Shown: one piece after another, positions 1 through 13,877 of the stretch | Position numbering within the stretch: position 1 is the first letter of the stretch | How the letters are laid out: every line of letters starts with the position of its first letter | Assembly (NCBI GenBank): GCA_951406725.2 | Contig: OX597817.1 | Span: 175,584,001 to 175,648,000 of the forward strand | Source of the DNA: Octopus vulgaris | Taxonomy: Eukaryota | Reading direction: 5' to 3' | DNA: 64,000 bases | The notes under the pieces: model-generated | The model's database searches: none | Told to the model about the DNA's origin: nothing | What the model saw: the letters and a program-made list of their open reading frames with translations, nothing else | Made by a program: the position numbers and the translations under genes

Positions 1-50
1 TGCGTATTTTAACTGGTGGCTATTTCATCAACTACACCAAGTGAGCTTCT

Positions 51-274
51 TATTTCTTTACTGCCCACATGGGGCTAAACACAGAGGGGACAAACAAGGA
101 CAGACAAACGGATTAAGTCGATTGCATCGACCCTAGTGCGCAACTGGTACTTAATTTATCGACCCCGAAAGGATGAAAAGCAAAGTCGACCTCGGCGGAA
201 TTTGAACTCAGAACGTAACGGCAGACGAAATACGACTACGCATTTCGCCCGGCGTGCTAACGTTTCTGCCAGCT
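51..274 (-). mobile_element. tRNA-derived SINE, family A (Meta/MESC-like central domain)
   Basis: Reverse complement of the repeat GAGCTGGCAGAA..GTTAGCACGCCGGGCGAAATG..GAGTTCAAATTCCGCCGAGGTCGACTTTGCCTTTCATCCTTTCGGGGTCGAT..AAGTACCAG, seen more than 10 times here. GAGTTCAAATTCC is B-box-like. Confidence 0.85.
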
Positions 275-282
275 CTTTACAA

Positions 283-497
283 GCTGTACATGTAAAACAA
301 TGCCAACCAGGCACCGAAATTTCTGACTAAAATAAATAACGTCATAAGAAATATTAATTGTGCATAGAAGTTTTTTTCCCTTTATATCCAGTTTGGTTTT
401 TGGTGTTTTTACGGTATATAAAGAAAGCGAGAGGGTTACGGATTGTAGCAAATCTTACACTATCCAAACGTACAACGAAACAAACCGCTAAAATGAC
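283..497 (+). repeat. Diverged ~215-bp direct duplication, copy 1 (copy 2 at ~1848-2062)
   Basis: TGTAAAACAAT..CACCGAAATTTCT..ATATCCAGTTTG..AAATCTTACACTATCCAAACG..CGCTAAA shared by both copies. Confidence 0.75.
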
Positions 498-928
498 ATT
501 TTGCCCTTATCAGGTTTTTTTTCAGTAACTACTTGGAAAGAAGAATTACGAGTACGATGCTGCTCACCAGAGATTGTATCGATCCTGGAGTATCGGAATA
601 GTTCGAATCGAAATTTTCGTTTGTAATTCAACAGAAGATACAACTTGATTCAGAACTGAAGGGATTTTAGGGACATACAGACTTCCCTATTTGCCTTAAT
701 TAACTGTCCCTTTCTTTTAGTACACTTACATTGTATTTTAACATTTGAATATTTTATAGTTTTTTCAACGCATATTTTTATTTAAATTTTCAATGAATGT
801 TAACCACCAACTTCTTTTGAAACCAATCTTTGTATTTTTCCTCGGCCAGTCGTCATTGTGGAAATACTATAATAAGCTATTGCTATTCAGCCTCTGACAA
901 CTACTGTAGAATGCTACCAGGCGTAAGT

Positions 929-1515
929 GGGCGAGCTGGAGAATCCTTAGCCATCCGGGCAAAATGCTTAGCGGTATTTCGTCTGTCTTTACGTTCTGTG
1001 TTCAAATTCCGCCGAGGTCGACTTTGTCTTTCATCCTTTCGGGGTCGATTAAATAAGTACCAATTACGCATTGGGGTCGATATAATCGACTTAATCCGTT
1101 TGTCTGTCCTTGTTTGTCCTCTCTGTGTTTAGCCCCTTGTGGGTAGTAAAGAAATAGGTATTTCGTCTGCCGTGACGTTCTGAGTTCAAATTCCGCCAAG
1201 GTCGACTTTGCCATTCTTACTCGATAAATTAAGTACCAGTTGCGTACTGGGGTAGATATAATCGACTTACCTCTTCCCCAAATATCAGGCCTTGTGCATA
1301 TAGTAGAAAGGATTGTTTTGCTTTATATTGGGGGCGAGATGGCAGAATCGTTAGCACGCCAGGCGAAATGCTGAGCTGTATTCCCCCCATCACCCGTCCT
1401 GAGTTCATATTTTGCTGAGGTCGACATTGTCTTTCATTATTTCGGGCGCGATAAATTAGTACCAGTGAGGCACTGGGGTCGATGCAATTGACTATCCCCT
1501 TCCCCAAATTTCAGT
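929..1515 (+). mobile_element. Family A SINE cluster (compound copy plus adjacent copy)
   Basis: Same consensus with heads at ~929 and ~1330 and an internal repeat of the core at ~1160. Confidence 0.8.
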
Positions 1516-2268
1516 ATTATGTTCAATACTATTTTTAGTACAATATTGGGCGATAAAATAAATGACTTGATAAAGTCAATTGTCTCCACCCCAGCCGTGA
1601 TACGTAGCTTTGTGCTTATATAAGAAATCACTATTATGGTTACGTCTTTCATTTCATTCTCAATAGTATTGTTATATTACCGAAGAATACTTCTTTTGAC
1701 TTCGTCATTTCATTTTCCTGGAATAACATTCAGTAAATTTCCTCTGGGTTTTGCTATAAATCCAGCTACGTCACACAGATTTAAACAAAGATTTTCATTT
1801 TCTAATTTTTATTTTTGTTCTTATTTCTATCTGAATCTCAACAAGGCGTTGCAAGGTGTAAAACAATCTCAACTAGCCACCGAAATTTCTTACTAAAGTG
1901 AAGAACAAAAATAAGAAATATCAATCGATCATACAAGTTTTTCTTCATATCCAGTTTGCTTTTGGTGCTTTTATGGTACATAAAGAAAAAAGAGATAGGG
2001 GTCGGGTGTGTGATAAATCTTACACTATCCAAACGACAATGAATCAAACGCTAAAGTGACAAGACTCTTCTACTGTAATTTTACTGTAAGCTTTTACACT
2101 TATTTCATTCATTACATATTGCTATGGGCAATGAGTATATTTGTTCAAGAGATAAGAGATATGACCACATATTTTGTCTAGATGTCATGATGCCAAGTCC
2201 GTGGCCTCTGCTGTTTCCTTGCTTTCACTCTGCTCTCAAAACACACATGACAAGTTATTAAGATCATA

Positions 2269-2308
<40 letters not shown>

Positions 2309-2311
<3 letters not shown>

Positions 2312-2774
2312 AGAAGAAAACAGTGTACATTCAAACACATAAGGGATACCCCCAAAAATAGGATATCTGATTCACCAGAAAGAACAGTTAAACTCCAAGC
2401 CACTAATTGTTGCAATTCTGAAAGTGAATGAAAAATAAAAACCTTTACCGTATTGTCCTAGACCGTCGCCCCGTATCTATGTGTTCGTTCCTTGGCAACC
2501 TACTGAAGAAGCAGCGCCAGATATAGACTGGAATTATTTTATTTCAATCTATATTTAAGTCTGCAGAAACTATGCATGGTCTAGGACATTAAGGTAAAGG
2601 TTTTTATTTTTCATTCACTTTCATAATTACAACAATTAGTGGCTTGGAGTTTGACTGCTCTTTCTGGTGATTCAGATATCCTATTTTTGTGGGGTATAGT
2701 GTATTGACTAAATTTTCTCCTATTCGCTAGACCACTGGTAACAAAGAATTTTTTCGATAAATATTCTTGCTAGC

Positions 2775-2778
<4 letters not shown>
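2309..2778. mobile_element. (TA)n-flanked fold-back cassette (PLE pLTR-like) with HHR
   Basis: Inverted repeat 2346-2464 vs 2578-2697, with the right arm extending further to ~2778 and (TA)n on both sides. Confidence 0.7.
2499..2585 (+). ncRNA. Type I hammerhead ribozyme motif with long stem II
   Basis: ccta-CTGAAGA-a gcag[~46-nt loop with internal atataga/tctatat pairing]ctgc a-GAAA-cta tgca tgg-TC-tagg. Stem I ccta/tagg, GUC site, palindromic loop III TGCA. Confidence 0.8.
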
Positions 2779-2852
<74 letters not shown>

Positions 2853-2954
2853 TGTATGTATGTATATATATATGTATATATCTATCTACATATCTATATA
2901 TCTATATATCTATATATATATCTATATATATATGTATATATATATACATGTATG

Positions 2955-3037
<83 letters not shown>

Positions 3038-3673
3038 CAAGAAAGTTAGAGGTTGTGAATCCAACCAACTAAGGGATAATATCTATCCAATATACTGCTG
3101 GTAGAATACCCAATTATTAATATACAGGTGTTTTTTATTGCATTGAAATTACATTACCGAGTGTACTAAATGGGTGAAGGTAAAGAGATATTTTACCATT
3201 AATTTATATAGCAATAAGATAATGGAGGGGATCAATAGGTGGTTCATCAACTTTTAGACGTTATATTATGCCACTTTATTTATTTATTTACTAAAATGAC
3301 AATTACAAGAATATACATACATGTATAACATATTCTGCTTTACGTATAAAATACATTAATATATAAAGATACCAGTAATTATTAAAATATAACACAGGAA
3401 TATAAATTGGGAAAATATCTTACATTCCACCTTTATTCCTCCAGTAGACTGAAGTAATTAGATGAAATTGAGGTACTTGGGTGTTTCTCTAGGCTTCGTC
3501 AGAGATTTTAGAAAGTATATAAGGTTGAATTATAAATATAAATAAATACACATACAATTACATACTTATATATATACATATACATATGCATACATATATA
3601 AATATACATAAACACATATACCCACACTTAAATGTACATGCATATTTACATTTATAAGCATACACAATAATGA

Positions 3674-3704
<31 letters not shown>

Positions 3705-4114
3705 GATGCATTATATTATTCATATTAGATAAAATATAAACAGAGTAATGAGAAAGTTATAAGAAGAGTAATATCGTAATTTATAAAATCAATATATTTT
3801 AAAGTTATTTCAGTTATGTAAGAACGAAACTGCATACACACGAGGAACATATGTACACACACACACACACACACAGAGAATGAGCACAAAAAGACACAGC
3901 AAATTCAACAGGCTTCCGGTTCAGCGTTCGTTTCCGCCAATCCGATGCTTTGATTGGGTATTTTTTTTTTTTTTTTTTTTCTATATCGACGTCGGAAAAA
4001 TTAGAGGTTAAAGTTGACCTCGGTAGATTTTGAACTCCGAGCGCAGAGAACCTGAAAAAATACTGCAATGCATTCTATCCAACGATCTAATGATTCTGCC
4101 AACTCACCTAGTAC

Positions 4115-4573
4115 CACTGGGGGTGGGTACCACCTTGAAGAGGCTTAGTCGTGCAAATCGACCCTAGGACATATTGTTAAGCCTGGTACTCATTCTATCG
4201 CCCCTTCTTATGCCGAATCACTCAGTAACGGGGATGTAAACAAACCAGCACTGTTCGTTAAGCGGAGAGGGTACAAAACAGACGTAAAGGCACACGCACG
4301 CGCACACGTAAACGATAGACTTCACACTGTTCCCATTAATCAAATTTATCTCTTACATTTATCTCTTACAAGGCATTGGTCTGACGCATTAGTACAAGAT
4401 ACGCTCTCGAAGTGCCCAAAGTGGGACTGGACCTAAAATCACGTGACTGTAAGGTGAACTAATTAACCTAACAGCCATACTTGAAGTCATATAATTTAAT
4501 ATTCATATTTTCCTGCTCGGTTACAATAGATAGGAAACACAAGATGTGATCGTAAGATTACACCCACACACAA

Positions 4574-4604
<31 letters not shown>

Positions 4605-4760
4605 CGACAGGCTTTTATCCGTTTGCGTCTACCAAATCCATTCACGAGGCTTTGGTCGGCCCGAGACTATCATAGAAGACACTTGCCCAATGTACTACGC
4701 AGTGGGACTGAACCCTGAACTATGTAGTTGGGAAGCAAGCTTCTTACTACACAGCCGCAC
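4115..4760 (-). mobile_element. Family B SINE remnants (CORE-like): degenerate copy plus 5' half of a second copy (4604-4760)
   Basis: Reverse complement of GGCTGTGTGGTAAG..CCCACTGCGT..TTGGGCAAGTGTCTTCTA..GGCCGACCAAAGCC..GGATTTGGTAGACG. Confidence 0.7.
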
Positions 4761-4794
4761 CATATATATGCGTGTGTGTGTGTGTGTGTGCATG

Positions 4795-4833
<39 letters not shown>

Positions 4834-5202
4834 AAAAAAATTAAAGACAAAGATATTAGATCAAAATCAAGAAGGAAAAACAAAAATAATAAAAGTAAGT
4901 TACGAAGCAAAGATACAAAGGAGCAAATAAATCTAAATCTTATTTTCCTTTACATCATTTAGTAGTGAATCAGTTGACAGGAGCTATGTTTTGCAATATG
5001 ATCCAATAGCTCCTTTATCCGGTTTAGTCTCGTTTCCGTTCCGCTTTAATACGTACAAACATTCACACGTCGACATCCAGGGAGAAAGATGAAAGATTTA
5101 GATAGACTGATAACGACATGTTTAACACATTTTTTCAGCATATACAGATATATAAATATATTTCACTCTCTTTTCTTCCCTATACCTTTGCATAATACTT
5201 AC

Positions 5203-5508
<306 letters not shown>

Positions 5509-5654
5509 ATGTGTGTGTATGTATATATATATGTAAAATTCCAGTCTGTTTTTCAATACTTACGGAACAAAAATACACTATAGGAAAACTTACCGATGTT
5601 ACAAAAATAAAATTTTGCAGCATCTACCACTACTTATCAATATTAATATAGTAA

Positions 5655-5872
5655 CCTTTTCTACTAAAGGCGCAAAACCTGAAGTCTGAGGGTCCACCCT
5701 CAGATACTTGATTGCATCGATCCCAATGCTCAACTTGTACTTATTTTATTGACCCCGAAAGGATGAAAAGCAAAGTCGACCCCGGCGGAATTTACACTCC
5801 GAACATGAAGACACAACATTCTGCTAAGCATTTTGCCCGGCGTGCTAATTGTTCCTCCAGTTCGCCGCCTTA
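5655..5872 (-). mobile_element. Family A SINE
   Basis: Matches the family A consensus on the minus strand. Confidence 0.8.
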
Positions 5873-6410
5873 AATAATAATGATAATAAAAATAATAATG
5901 TTGATGATGATGATGATGATGATAAATTAATAAGTAGACAAAATGAGCAACATGAGGTCATAAGCAGATAAACTCAGGAATAAAACCCTAATAATATTTA
6001 ACTAACTGAACCCAAAAACATCATTTGCAGTAACTACAAAATGGTTACTTTTAGGTAGTATTAAATTTTCATATCAATAAATTCTAATCAAGGATTCAAC
6101 CGATCCCAAATCCGACCACTTATTATATATACATCAAATATAGCTATCAATTTACTAATCGAATTTTAGCCATTTACTATAACGAAATCTCATTCAAAAG
6201 ATTAGAAACAATGTCCTAGGCCTGCAGTAGTTCTAACGAAAATACAAATATCATAGATAAACTCAGGTTACTTAAAGATAAACATCAAATAAATATTAGA
6301 TATAACCTAGCGCAATGGTTTAATTTTAGTTCCCCAATTGAAAACTCATTGTCATACTTTACTGCCACATCTATCAGTTTTATATATATATATATTTTAC
6401 CATATATCAG

Positions 6411-6462
<52 letters not shown>

Positions 6463-6539
6463 CGCCTGGTTTAGTGGTTAGTGGTTAGTGTGTTGGACTC
6501 ATGATCGTAAGAGTGTGGTTTCAATTTCTCAATTAATCG

Positions 6540-7161
6540 CCACAGTTACACCTACTGGTGACCTAATAATCCGTACCTTATGGAGGAACATCATGTTGAT
6601 TTATCAGGATTCACAGTGGGATTGATCGAACCATTCTTTTCTAACGGTACCAGTGCCAACTACTTAAACTTGATGCGACAATCTGTCAGACCAAGCTTTC
6701 GAGAAGCCTTTGATGATGCAGGCGTTCATTTCTTCCACACAGTCATAATAATGTAAGGGCCTATTTTGATGAAATTCTGCCAACCAGGTGAATTAGATGA
6801 AACTGTTCTGTAGAATACCCTCCGCATTCACCGAACCTCACCTTAGAAGCTATATTTTTTACAGGAATATTTAAAAGATAAAGTTTACGGTACAAAACCG
6901 ACAACAGTCAACAAATTGGAGTCAGCCATAGAAGGAGGATACATATAAATACTGGGCGTGTTTCTCTTGATGGTCACAAGTCCTCTCCTTCGCGTCAGCA
7001 GCAGTGTCTGGGCTACAAAGATAATGTATTTGAAAACAAGTGTTCATAAAATATTAAATTTTGTCAGTATATTTTATTAAATTTTGAAAATGAAATATAT
7101 TTTAATAAATAATATATTTATTATCATTCAATTTCAGCAAATTTTTTGATGACATCCTGTA
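6540..7161 (+). mobile_element. Degenerate Tc1/mariner (Tc3/maT-like) transposase 3' remnant
   Basis: Translates to YPPHSPNLT..YLKDKVYGTKPTTV (WPPRSPDLTP..YLKDKVY motif) and ends in a TIR-like GACATCCTG-TA. Confidence 0.6.
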
Positions 7162-7455
7162 TCTTTATGTGTCTATAATATAATACTAACAAGAGAACCA
7201 GGAAAGAAAATGAAAACAGTGAACCTGAAGTAGCCCTTTTCTCACATGTCGTTCAAAAATTGGTTTTCAATAAGAAGAACATAAAATAAGCGTTTTCTTC
7301 AAACTTCCATTTTATATTTCAAAACCAATTCAGACAATGGACATTTCTAAAGAAAACTTCGCATGACCCGTCCTTGTTTTTTTTCATGTCCCTGTTTGCA
7401 CTGTCTGGATGTTTTGCTGTTGCCTGTTGCGTTCTTGTTCCATTGTTTGTATTCT

Positions 7456-7505
<50 letters not shown>

Positions 7506-7795
7506 GTGTGCATGTATATGTTAATGCAATTGAAACAATTGTTAGGTTTTTAAGGTGTGATCTAAATATATTTTTGTACATATTACCGGTTGTTGTTAAA
7601 TACTTTGAAATTCTTAAAATTCTACAAATGGATTGTTGGATTTACCTGCCGTGCATGAGAATTTACTTGAGATTTGTATTTTGATTACATTTACTGGTAT
7701 CTGATTGTTGGAAATTTAAACTTATTCCTTTATAATTAGTGCTTGCTTGTTGCTTGGATTTTAAATCCCATTTTTTCTTTAAATATATATATGTG

Positions 7796-7855
<60 letters not shown>

Positions 7856-7892
7856 GTGTGTGTGTGTGCCTATATATATATATATATATATA

Positions 7893-9164
7893 TTAGGTTG
7901 GCAACTAAGTTCCCGCTGTTTTGTAAATTTAAATTTTTTAAAAGGTTTAATAAAAAATAACAACTAATTAATCAATAATATATTCACCCTTGTTGTTTAC
8001 AACATCTTCCCAACGTTCAACAAGATTTTCAATACCTCGTTGGTAGAAATCACCCGATTTCAACTCGAAAAATTGATCCAACCAAGCTCTCAATTCTGTA
8101 TCAGTATTGAACGAAACTCCGCGCATAGCATTTGAAAGTGATCGAAAGAGGTGGAAATCCGCTGGTGCCAAATCAGGAGAGAACGGCGGGTGTGGCAGCA
8201 CTTCCCAGCAATGCGTTTGGATGGCTCCCTTGGTCATATTGGCAATATGAGGGCAGGCGTCATTGTGCAGCAGAACTCCATGCTGACGATTAAGTCTTTT
8301 CTCCTGAATAGCCGCGTTGAGTCGATCCATCTGTTGAACATAGAGTTCCGCGTTGACCGTTTGGTTCCGTTCAAGTAATTCGTAATGGATAATCTCTTCC
8401 CAGTCCCACCATGCAAACAACATCGTTTTACGCGGATGAAAATCTTGTTTCACGCGCGGTGTCGCTTGTTTACCGGGGCTAAGCCATTCCTTATGCTGCT
8501 TCATATTGATGTACAGGCACCATTTTTCGACGCCAGTAACAATTCGGTAAAGAAATCGTTTCTTGTGGTCATGAGTTGAGCAGTGACGATCAAGCAAACC
8601 AGTGGAGATTGTGGCTCGTTGATTTTTGTTGATGACACTTAAAGCATACGAAACCCATGCTCCATACTTCTGAACCTTTCCCATCGAGTGAAGATGCTTC
8701 TCTATAGCAGTGTGGGAGCATTCCATCTTTTTCTGCCTGTTCCCTTGTTGTTTGACGAGAATTTTCATGCAAAAGTTGGTTTAATCGCTCTTCATGGAGC
8801 TCAACTGGACGGCCAGAATGAGTGCGTCTTTGAGGTCAAAATTTTCATCACGAGCGGTTCTTTCAGCTATGGCACCCTCTCTTACACAACACAAATGTCG
8901 CGAGCAGCTTTTGCGGCCTTAGAACCTTGATTAAAAGCGAACAAAAGAAGGAGGTGTCGAAAATGCTCGTTTTTCTTTACTTGACATTCCATTTTAATGA
9001 TCTGAAAATAAACAAAAATTAAATAAAATTAACTAGAAAAATGACAAAATAGATTCCAAAATGATTCAAAAATAGAATTCTAGAAAAAAATAGATTCCAA
9101 AATTTAAAAACGCAATAAATTCCAAAATTTAAAAAAGACGGCGGGAAATTAGTTGCCAACCCAA
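7893..9164 (-). mobile_element. Mariner DNA transposon, full length (~1.27 kb), decayed
   Basis: TIRs TTAGGTTGGCAACTAAGTTCCCGC / GCGGGAAATTAGTTGCCAACCCAA with TA on both sides. Confidence 0.95.
7968..8992 (-). pseudogene. Mariner DD34D transposase pseudogene
   Basis: MECQVKKNEHFRH start, then WVSYAL (WVPHEL), IVTGVEKW (first catalytic D changed to V), LHNDA and PFSPDLAPADFHLF. Frameshifted in the N-terminal part. Confidence 0.92.
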
Positions 9165-9194
9165 TATATAGCTATGAGTGTGTCTTTGAGTATG

Positions 9195-9405
9195 TGTTTG
9201 TCTCCCACCACTACCACTACCACTTTACTAGCAGTGTAGGTCTGTTTACGTCCCCGTAACTTAGCTGTTCGGCAAAAGAAAACATTAGAAAAAGTAACAG
9301 ACTTTAAAAAAATAAAAGTACCATGTTCGACCTGTTCGATTAAACCAGTCAAGGCGGTGCCACAACATGGCTGCAGTTCAATAACTGAAACAAACTAAAA
9401 ATAAA
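9195..9405 (+). mobile_element. Family B SINE 3' half
   Basis: TGTTTACGTCCCCGTAACTTAG..TTCGGCAAAAG..AAGGCGGTGC..CATGGCTGCAG..ACTGAAACAA. Confidence 0.7.
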
Positions 9406-9462
9406 ATATATATGCATAGAACACACATACACATACATACATGCATACATACATATATACAA

Positions 9463-9527
<65 letters not shown>

Positions 9528-9633
9528 CATACATATATATATACATATATATATATATAAATATGACCGCGTGTGTACCGTTGGCGAATATTTTTCCTCT
9601 GTCTTCCCTTCTCTGGATCTTTCCTTCTCCTAT

Positions 9634-9668
9634 GTTTCCGACGAAGAGCTCCGCTCGAAACGTTAAAC
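9634..9668 (+). ncRNA. Minimal HHR-like motif (U4C variant) in a (TA)n-flanked insert at 9563-9768
   Basis: gttt-CCGACGA-a gagc tcc gctc-GAAA-cg-TT-aaac with palindrome AACGTT at stem III. Same family as 28720-28757. Confidence 0.55.
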
Positions 9669-9764
9669 CCTCCTTCTTTCCTTCTTTCCTGAGCGTCCAA
9701 TAATACTATATTTGTTCCACGTCCTCGCGTTGTTGTGTTTTTTTGTGCTTTCTTGTTTGGATTA

Positions 9765-9854
<90 letters not shown>

Positions 9855-9935
9855 TGTATATCTATATGTATATATGTATATATGTATATCTATATATTTA
9901 AATATGTATATCTATATGTATATATGTATGTATCT

Positions 9936-10017
<82 letters not shown>

Positions 10018-10020
10018 CTG

Positions 10021-10052
<32 letters not shown>

Positions 10053-10702
10053 CATATCCCATTTCATTGTGAAGTGAAATTCGTAAACAGACAGGCATGC
10101 TTACGTCTGCTTCTTAGAGCTCTTAATAATCTACAACGATCAACCATTCATACAATTCCCGCTTTTTATGCGATATGTAGATAGGCGCGTTTACCATTTA
10201 TCCTGACACGCTGCAATTTTCTCTTAAAAGTTAAACCTGTCAATGCCAGAAGAAATTCCTGGATACCGTTTATTCTGTTCACATTCATTCTTTCTTACCA
10301 ACTCTTCTTCTTTTTTGCATTCTTTCTTTTCTTCAAAACGATATGGAAAATAATATAATCTTTAAAATGTTTCTACATCCTGGATTCAATTTTTTTTTAT
10401 CCTTTCCCTCGTTTTATAATTTTGGTTTCTTGAAGCTATTTTCAATGGAATGAAGATATTCATAGGAAAATGAAATATAAAATTTGAATAGTATTTTTGA
10501 ATTCTTCTACTATATAATCTCTACTTATATTGCATGAGATGTAGAGCCTTCTATTATATGCTATGCAGAACCTCATTTCTCTTTTAATATACTATCTGCA
10601 ACATAGAGAGAATCGCTTGTATATAAGAATATAAGTGTATATATATATATATGTGTGTGTGTGTATGTATGTATGTATGTACTATATATATGTATATATA
10701 AG

Positions 10703-10766
<64 letters not shown>

Positions 10767-10792
10767 CTTATATATACATACATATATATAGT

Positions 10793-11445
10793 TGAAATAT
10801 ATTTGTGACAAATTTCAATTGCTAAAGGCAAATTCACTGTAGATATTGCGGAGAAAAAGTTCTCTCTTACAGAAAAAAAATATAAAACACCTTGTCTATC
10901 CAGTGCTGCCCCCTATCAGATTCTCAGACATCGATGTTTCTAACTCTTCAGCTGTTGTCAATGCGAAATACCGAAGAGAGGCAACTTTGAACAGACTTAC
11001 ACATTTTAAGCGTATGAGAGAATTTATTTCTCCACGGTAACTGCAATAAATTTGCCTTTGGCAGTTGAAATATGTCATAAATATATTTTAACTAACCTAA
11101 AGTTCTCTTTTGACGAAACACTGCTTAACACTGATACTGTTATCATTTCTTACGTCCTAGCGGTCTAATGGCGCACTCCAATCAATGTGTGTTATTTAAT
11201 GCTACAGCAATGATTGTGTCCAAAGTTGCCACTTTTCGGTATGTCCCATTGATGCCGACTAAAAAGATAGAAACATTGATTTCTAAGAATCCAACAGTGG
11301 AAAGCATTGGACAGATATGGTTTTTTTACACCTTTTTACCATAAGAGAGAATTTTTTCTCGTCGATAATTGCAGTAGATTTGCTTTAGCAGTTGAAATAC
11401 GCCACAAACATATTTTGACTAACTTAAAGTTTGCTTATGCCCAAA
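10793..11445. repeat. (TA)n-flanked inverted plus direct repeat cassette with a degenerate HHR-like core
   Basis: 10795-10870 is inverted vs 11012-11088, and ~11012-11140 repeats directly at ~11340-11465. Minus strand 10924-10955 reads CTGAAGA-gtta-GAAA-catcgatg-TC. Confidence 0.55.
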
Positions 11446-11469
11446 CACTGCTTCGAGCTGATACTAATG

Positions 11470-11519
<50 letters not shown>

Positions 11520-11658
11520 TGACGATAAACATAGGATAATTCATTCACCTATTTATATATATATATATAATATAATTCGAGACAAAACCCCTATTTTAAA
11601 ACCAAACAAGGAAAGACTTAATCAATACATAAAATTTTAATATAAATTAAATAAACCG

Positions 11659-11702
11659 CCACTACAAATGTTTCATGTCTGCTACCGACAATCTTCAGGT
11701 GG
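11659..11702 (-). ncRNA. Minimal type I HHR (inverted copy)
   Basis: Reverse complement of 11789-11832. Confidence 0.75.
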
Positions 11703-11788
11703 ATTTTCGATCTTCTAATCAGTATCAAATTTTGAAAACATATAACTAGATCACTTCAAAATTTGATACTGATTAGAAGATCGAAAAT

Positions 11789-11832
11789 CCACCTGAAGAT
11801 TGTCGGTAGCAGACATGAAACATTTGTAGTGG
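11789..11832 (+). ncRNA. Minimal type I HHR
   Basis: ccac-CTGAAGA-t tgtc ggtagca gaca t-GAAA-ca tt tg-TA-gtgg, GUA site. Confidence 0.78.
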
Positions 11833-12004
11833 TGGTTTATTTAATTTATATTAAAATTTTATGTATTGATTAAGTCTTTCCTTGTTTGGTTTTAAAATAG
11901 TGGTTTTGTCTCGAATTATATTATATAATATTTTACTATAAAATTGGATTTAACCCTAAATCTGATTTTTCCCTGTAATTTTGGATTCATTCCCTAATAT
12001 TTAT

Positions 12005-12047
<43 letters not shown>

Positions 12048-12264
12048 GGTGTGTGGGTGTGTGTGTGCGTGTGTGTGTATGTGTGCGCGTGTGTGTATGT
12101 TTGTGTATGTGTGAGTGTATCTGTGAGTGTGTATTTATTGATTATTCATTTTTATACTTTTTGTGATCTAGTTATATGTTTTATAAAAATATATTTTATT
12201 AGTTATTTATGTTTTGGTTTACGTCTATCATGTTTTGAATTGCATAATAGTGGTTTTTCTTTAA

Positions 12265-12310
<46 letters not shown>

Positions 12311-13690
12311 CATATATTTGTATATTTGTGTCTGTGCGTGTTATGCTTGCGCGTGTGTGCATGTGAGTGTGTATTTATATGTATATATATATTATATTAT
12401 ATATATATATGCATATATTTGCATATTTGTGTATGTGTGTGTGTTATGTTAGCGTGTGTGTATGTGCATGTGCGTGCGCGTGCGCGTGTGTGTGTGTGCG
12501 TGTGTATATTATAGCAGTGTCAGCGTCAAGCTGTGAGACGACCGGCGAAACTTCGAAGTCACTGTCAATGTCATTATTCAAAAGATCTGCTGTGGATTGT
12601 CTGCGTGGTTAATGATCACTGTTTTCGTGTTAATAAAATCTTTCTAAAACTATGTGTGTGTGTGTGTACGTGCACGTATGTTTGCATATGTGTATGTATA
12701 GTCAGTCAATCAAGCACCCGTATTGGTGTGTGTGTCATGTGTAGAAACATAGATAAATAGATGAATAACAAACTGGTATATAAGTGTTAAGAGAGATGAC
12801 CGACTATTAATAAAGTCTCCTATCTTATTTAGTAACAGTGAATAATGACAAAGTCCACGCAATCTGTTTTCAGAAAGTTTTGATACTTACATATTGCATC
12901 ATTCTTACAATCATTAGTCAGAAGTAGCTTAGGTGAATAAAGAAGATATCGAATTATTGCTTAATGATTCAGATCGCTGTTGTAGTGCTGTAATGTATTT
13001 ATTATTTTGTCTTTGGTCAGTGTGTGTTATTTCTTATTTGCTCTTATCTAGAAATCAAAGGAAATGACTACTATTCCCTTCAGACTTTGCCTTTATGACC
13101 TCGATTTCGAACTGACTTAATTTCAGACAGATTCAGCTCTGAGTTGCAGAAGTAGAAATATCGTTAATATTCTGCTCAATAGCCTAAATTTGCTTACAGT
13201 TGCTTGACCTTAAACACTTGAGCATGTCCCTTAGTGACTGACTCTGATCATGGGCATGAGTAGTGGGGAAGCATCATAGCCATGTGTTCAGAGGGATTCT
13301 TTGGCGTTTGACTGAATGTAACAAAAGCAAAGTTTGAAGGAAATATTAGCCAACTTTTATACTTTATAGGGAAAAGCAAATAGGAAATCGCAATTGTTAC
13401 CCAAGGATTAAAATCGTGTTACACAGTGTTATTAATATTTAGATCTCATTGGTTCAATATTATTATTTGGACATAAGTTCAATGCACAAGTAAAAATTAC
13501 TATATCATACTAAAGCATGATTGTATAAATAAGTGCATACGAAGAGAGTTTCTCTAAATGGTTCTGTAAAGACTTACAAGTAAACTTTGCTAAGGACCTC
13601 GAGAAGTCAACGGGAGCCCATTAAATACTCAAAATAAAGTCAGAATGATTGATGATCTCATTTAAGATCTCATTGCTGATTAGAAATCGC

Positions 13691-13736
<46 letters not shown>

Positions 13737-13877
13737 ATGGTGGTGGTTGTGGTGGTGGTGGTGGTGGTGGTGGTGGTGGTGGTGGTGGTGGTGGTGGTGG
13801 TAGTAGTAGTAGTAGCAGCAGTAGCAGCAGTAGCAGCAGTAGCAGCAGTAGCAGTAGTAGTAGTAGTAGTAGTAGTA
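13691..13877. repeat. Compound trinucleotide microsatellite (AGT)n(GGT)n(AGC/AGT)n
   Basis: Direct reading. Confidence 0.95.

Larger units (their letters stand above)
11571..12002. mobile_element. (TA)n-flanked fold-back cassette with an HHR in each arm
   Basis: Near-perfect inverted arms 11571-11736 / 11755-11920, with the right arm extended ~80 nt. Same family as 46995-47335. Confidence 0.8.

Noticed and set aside
3470-3510. Minus-strand CTGACGA-agcctaga-GAAA-cacccaag-TA
   Set aside because: No stem I and poor stem II
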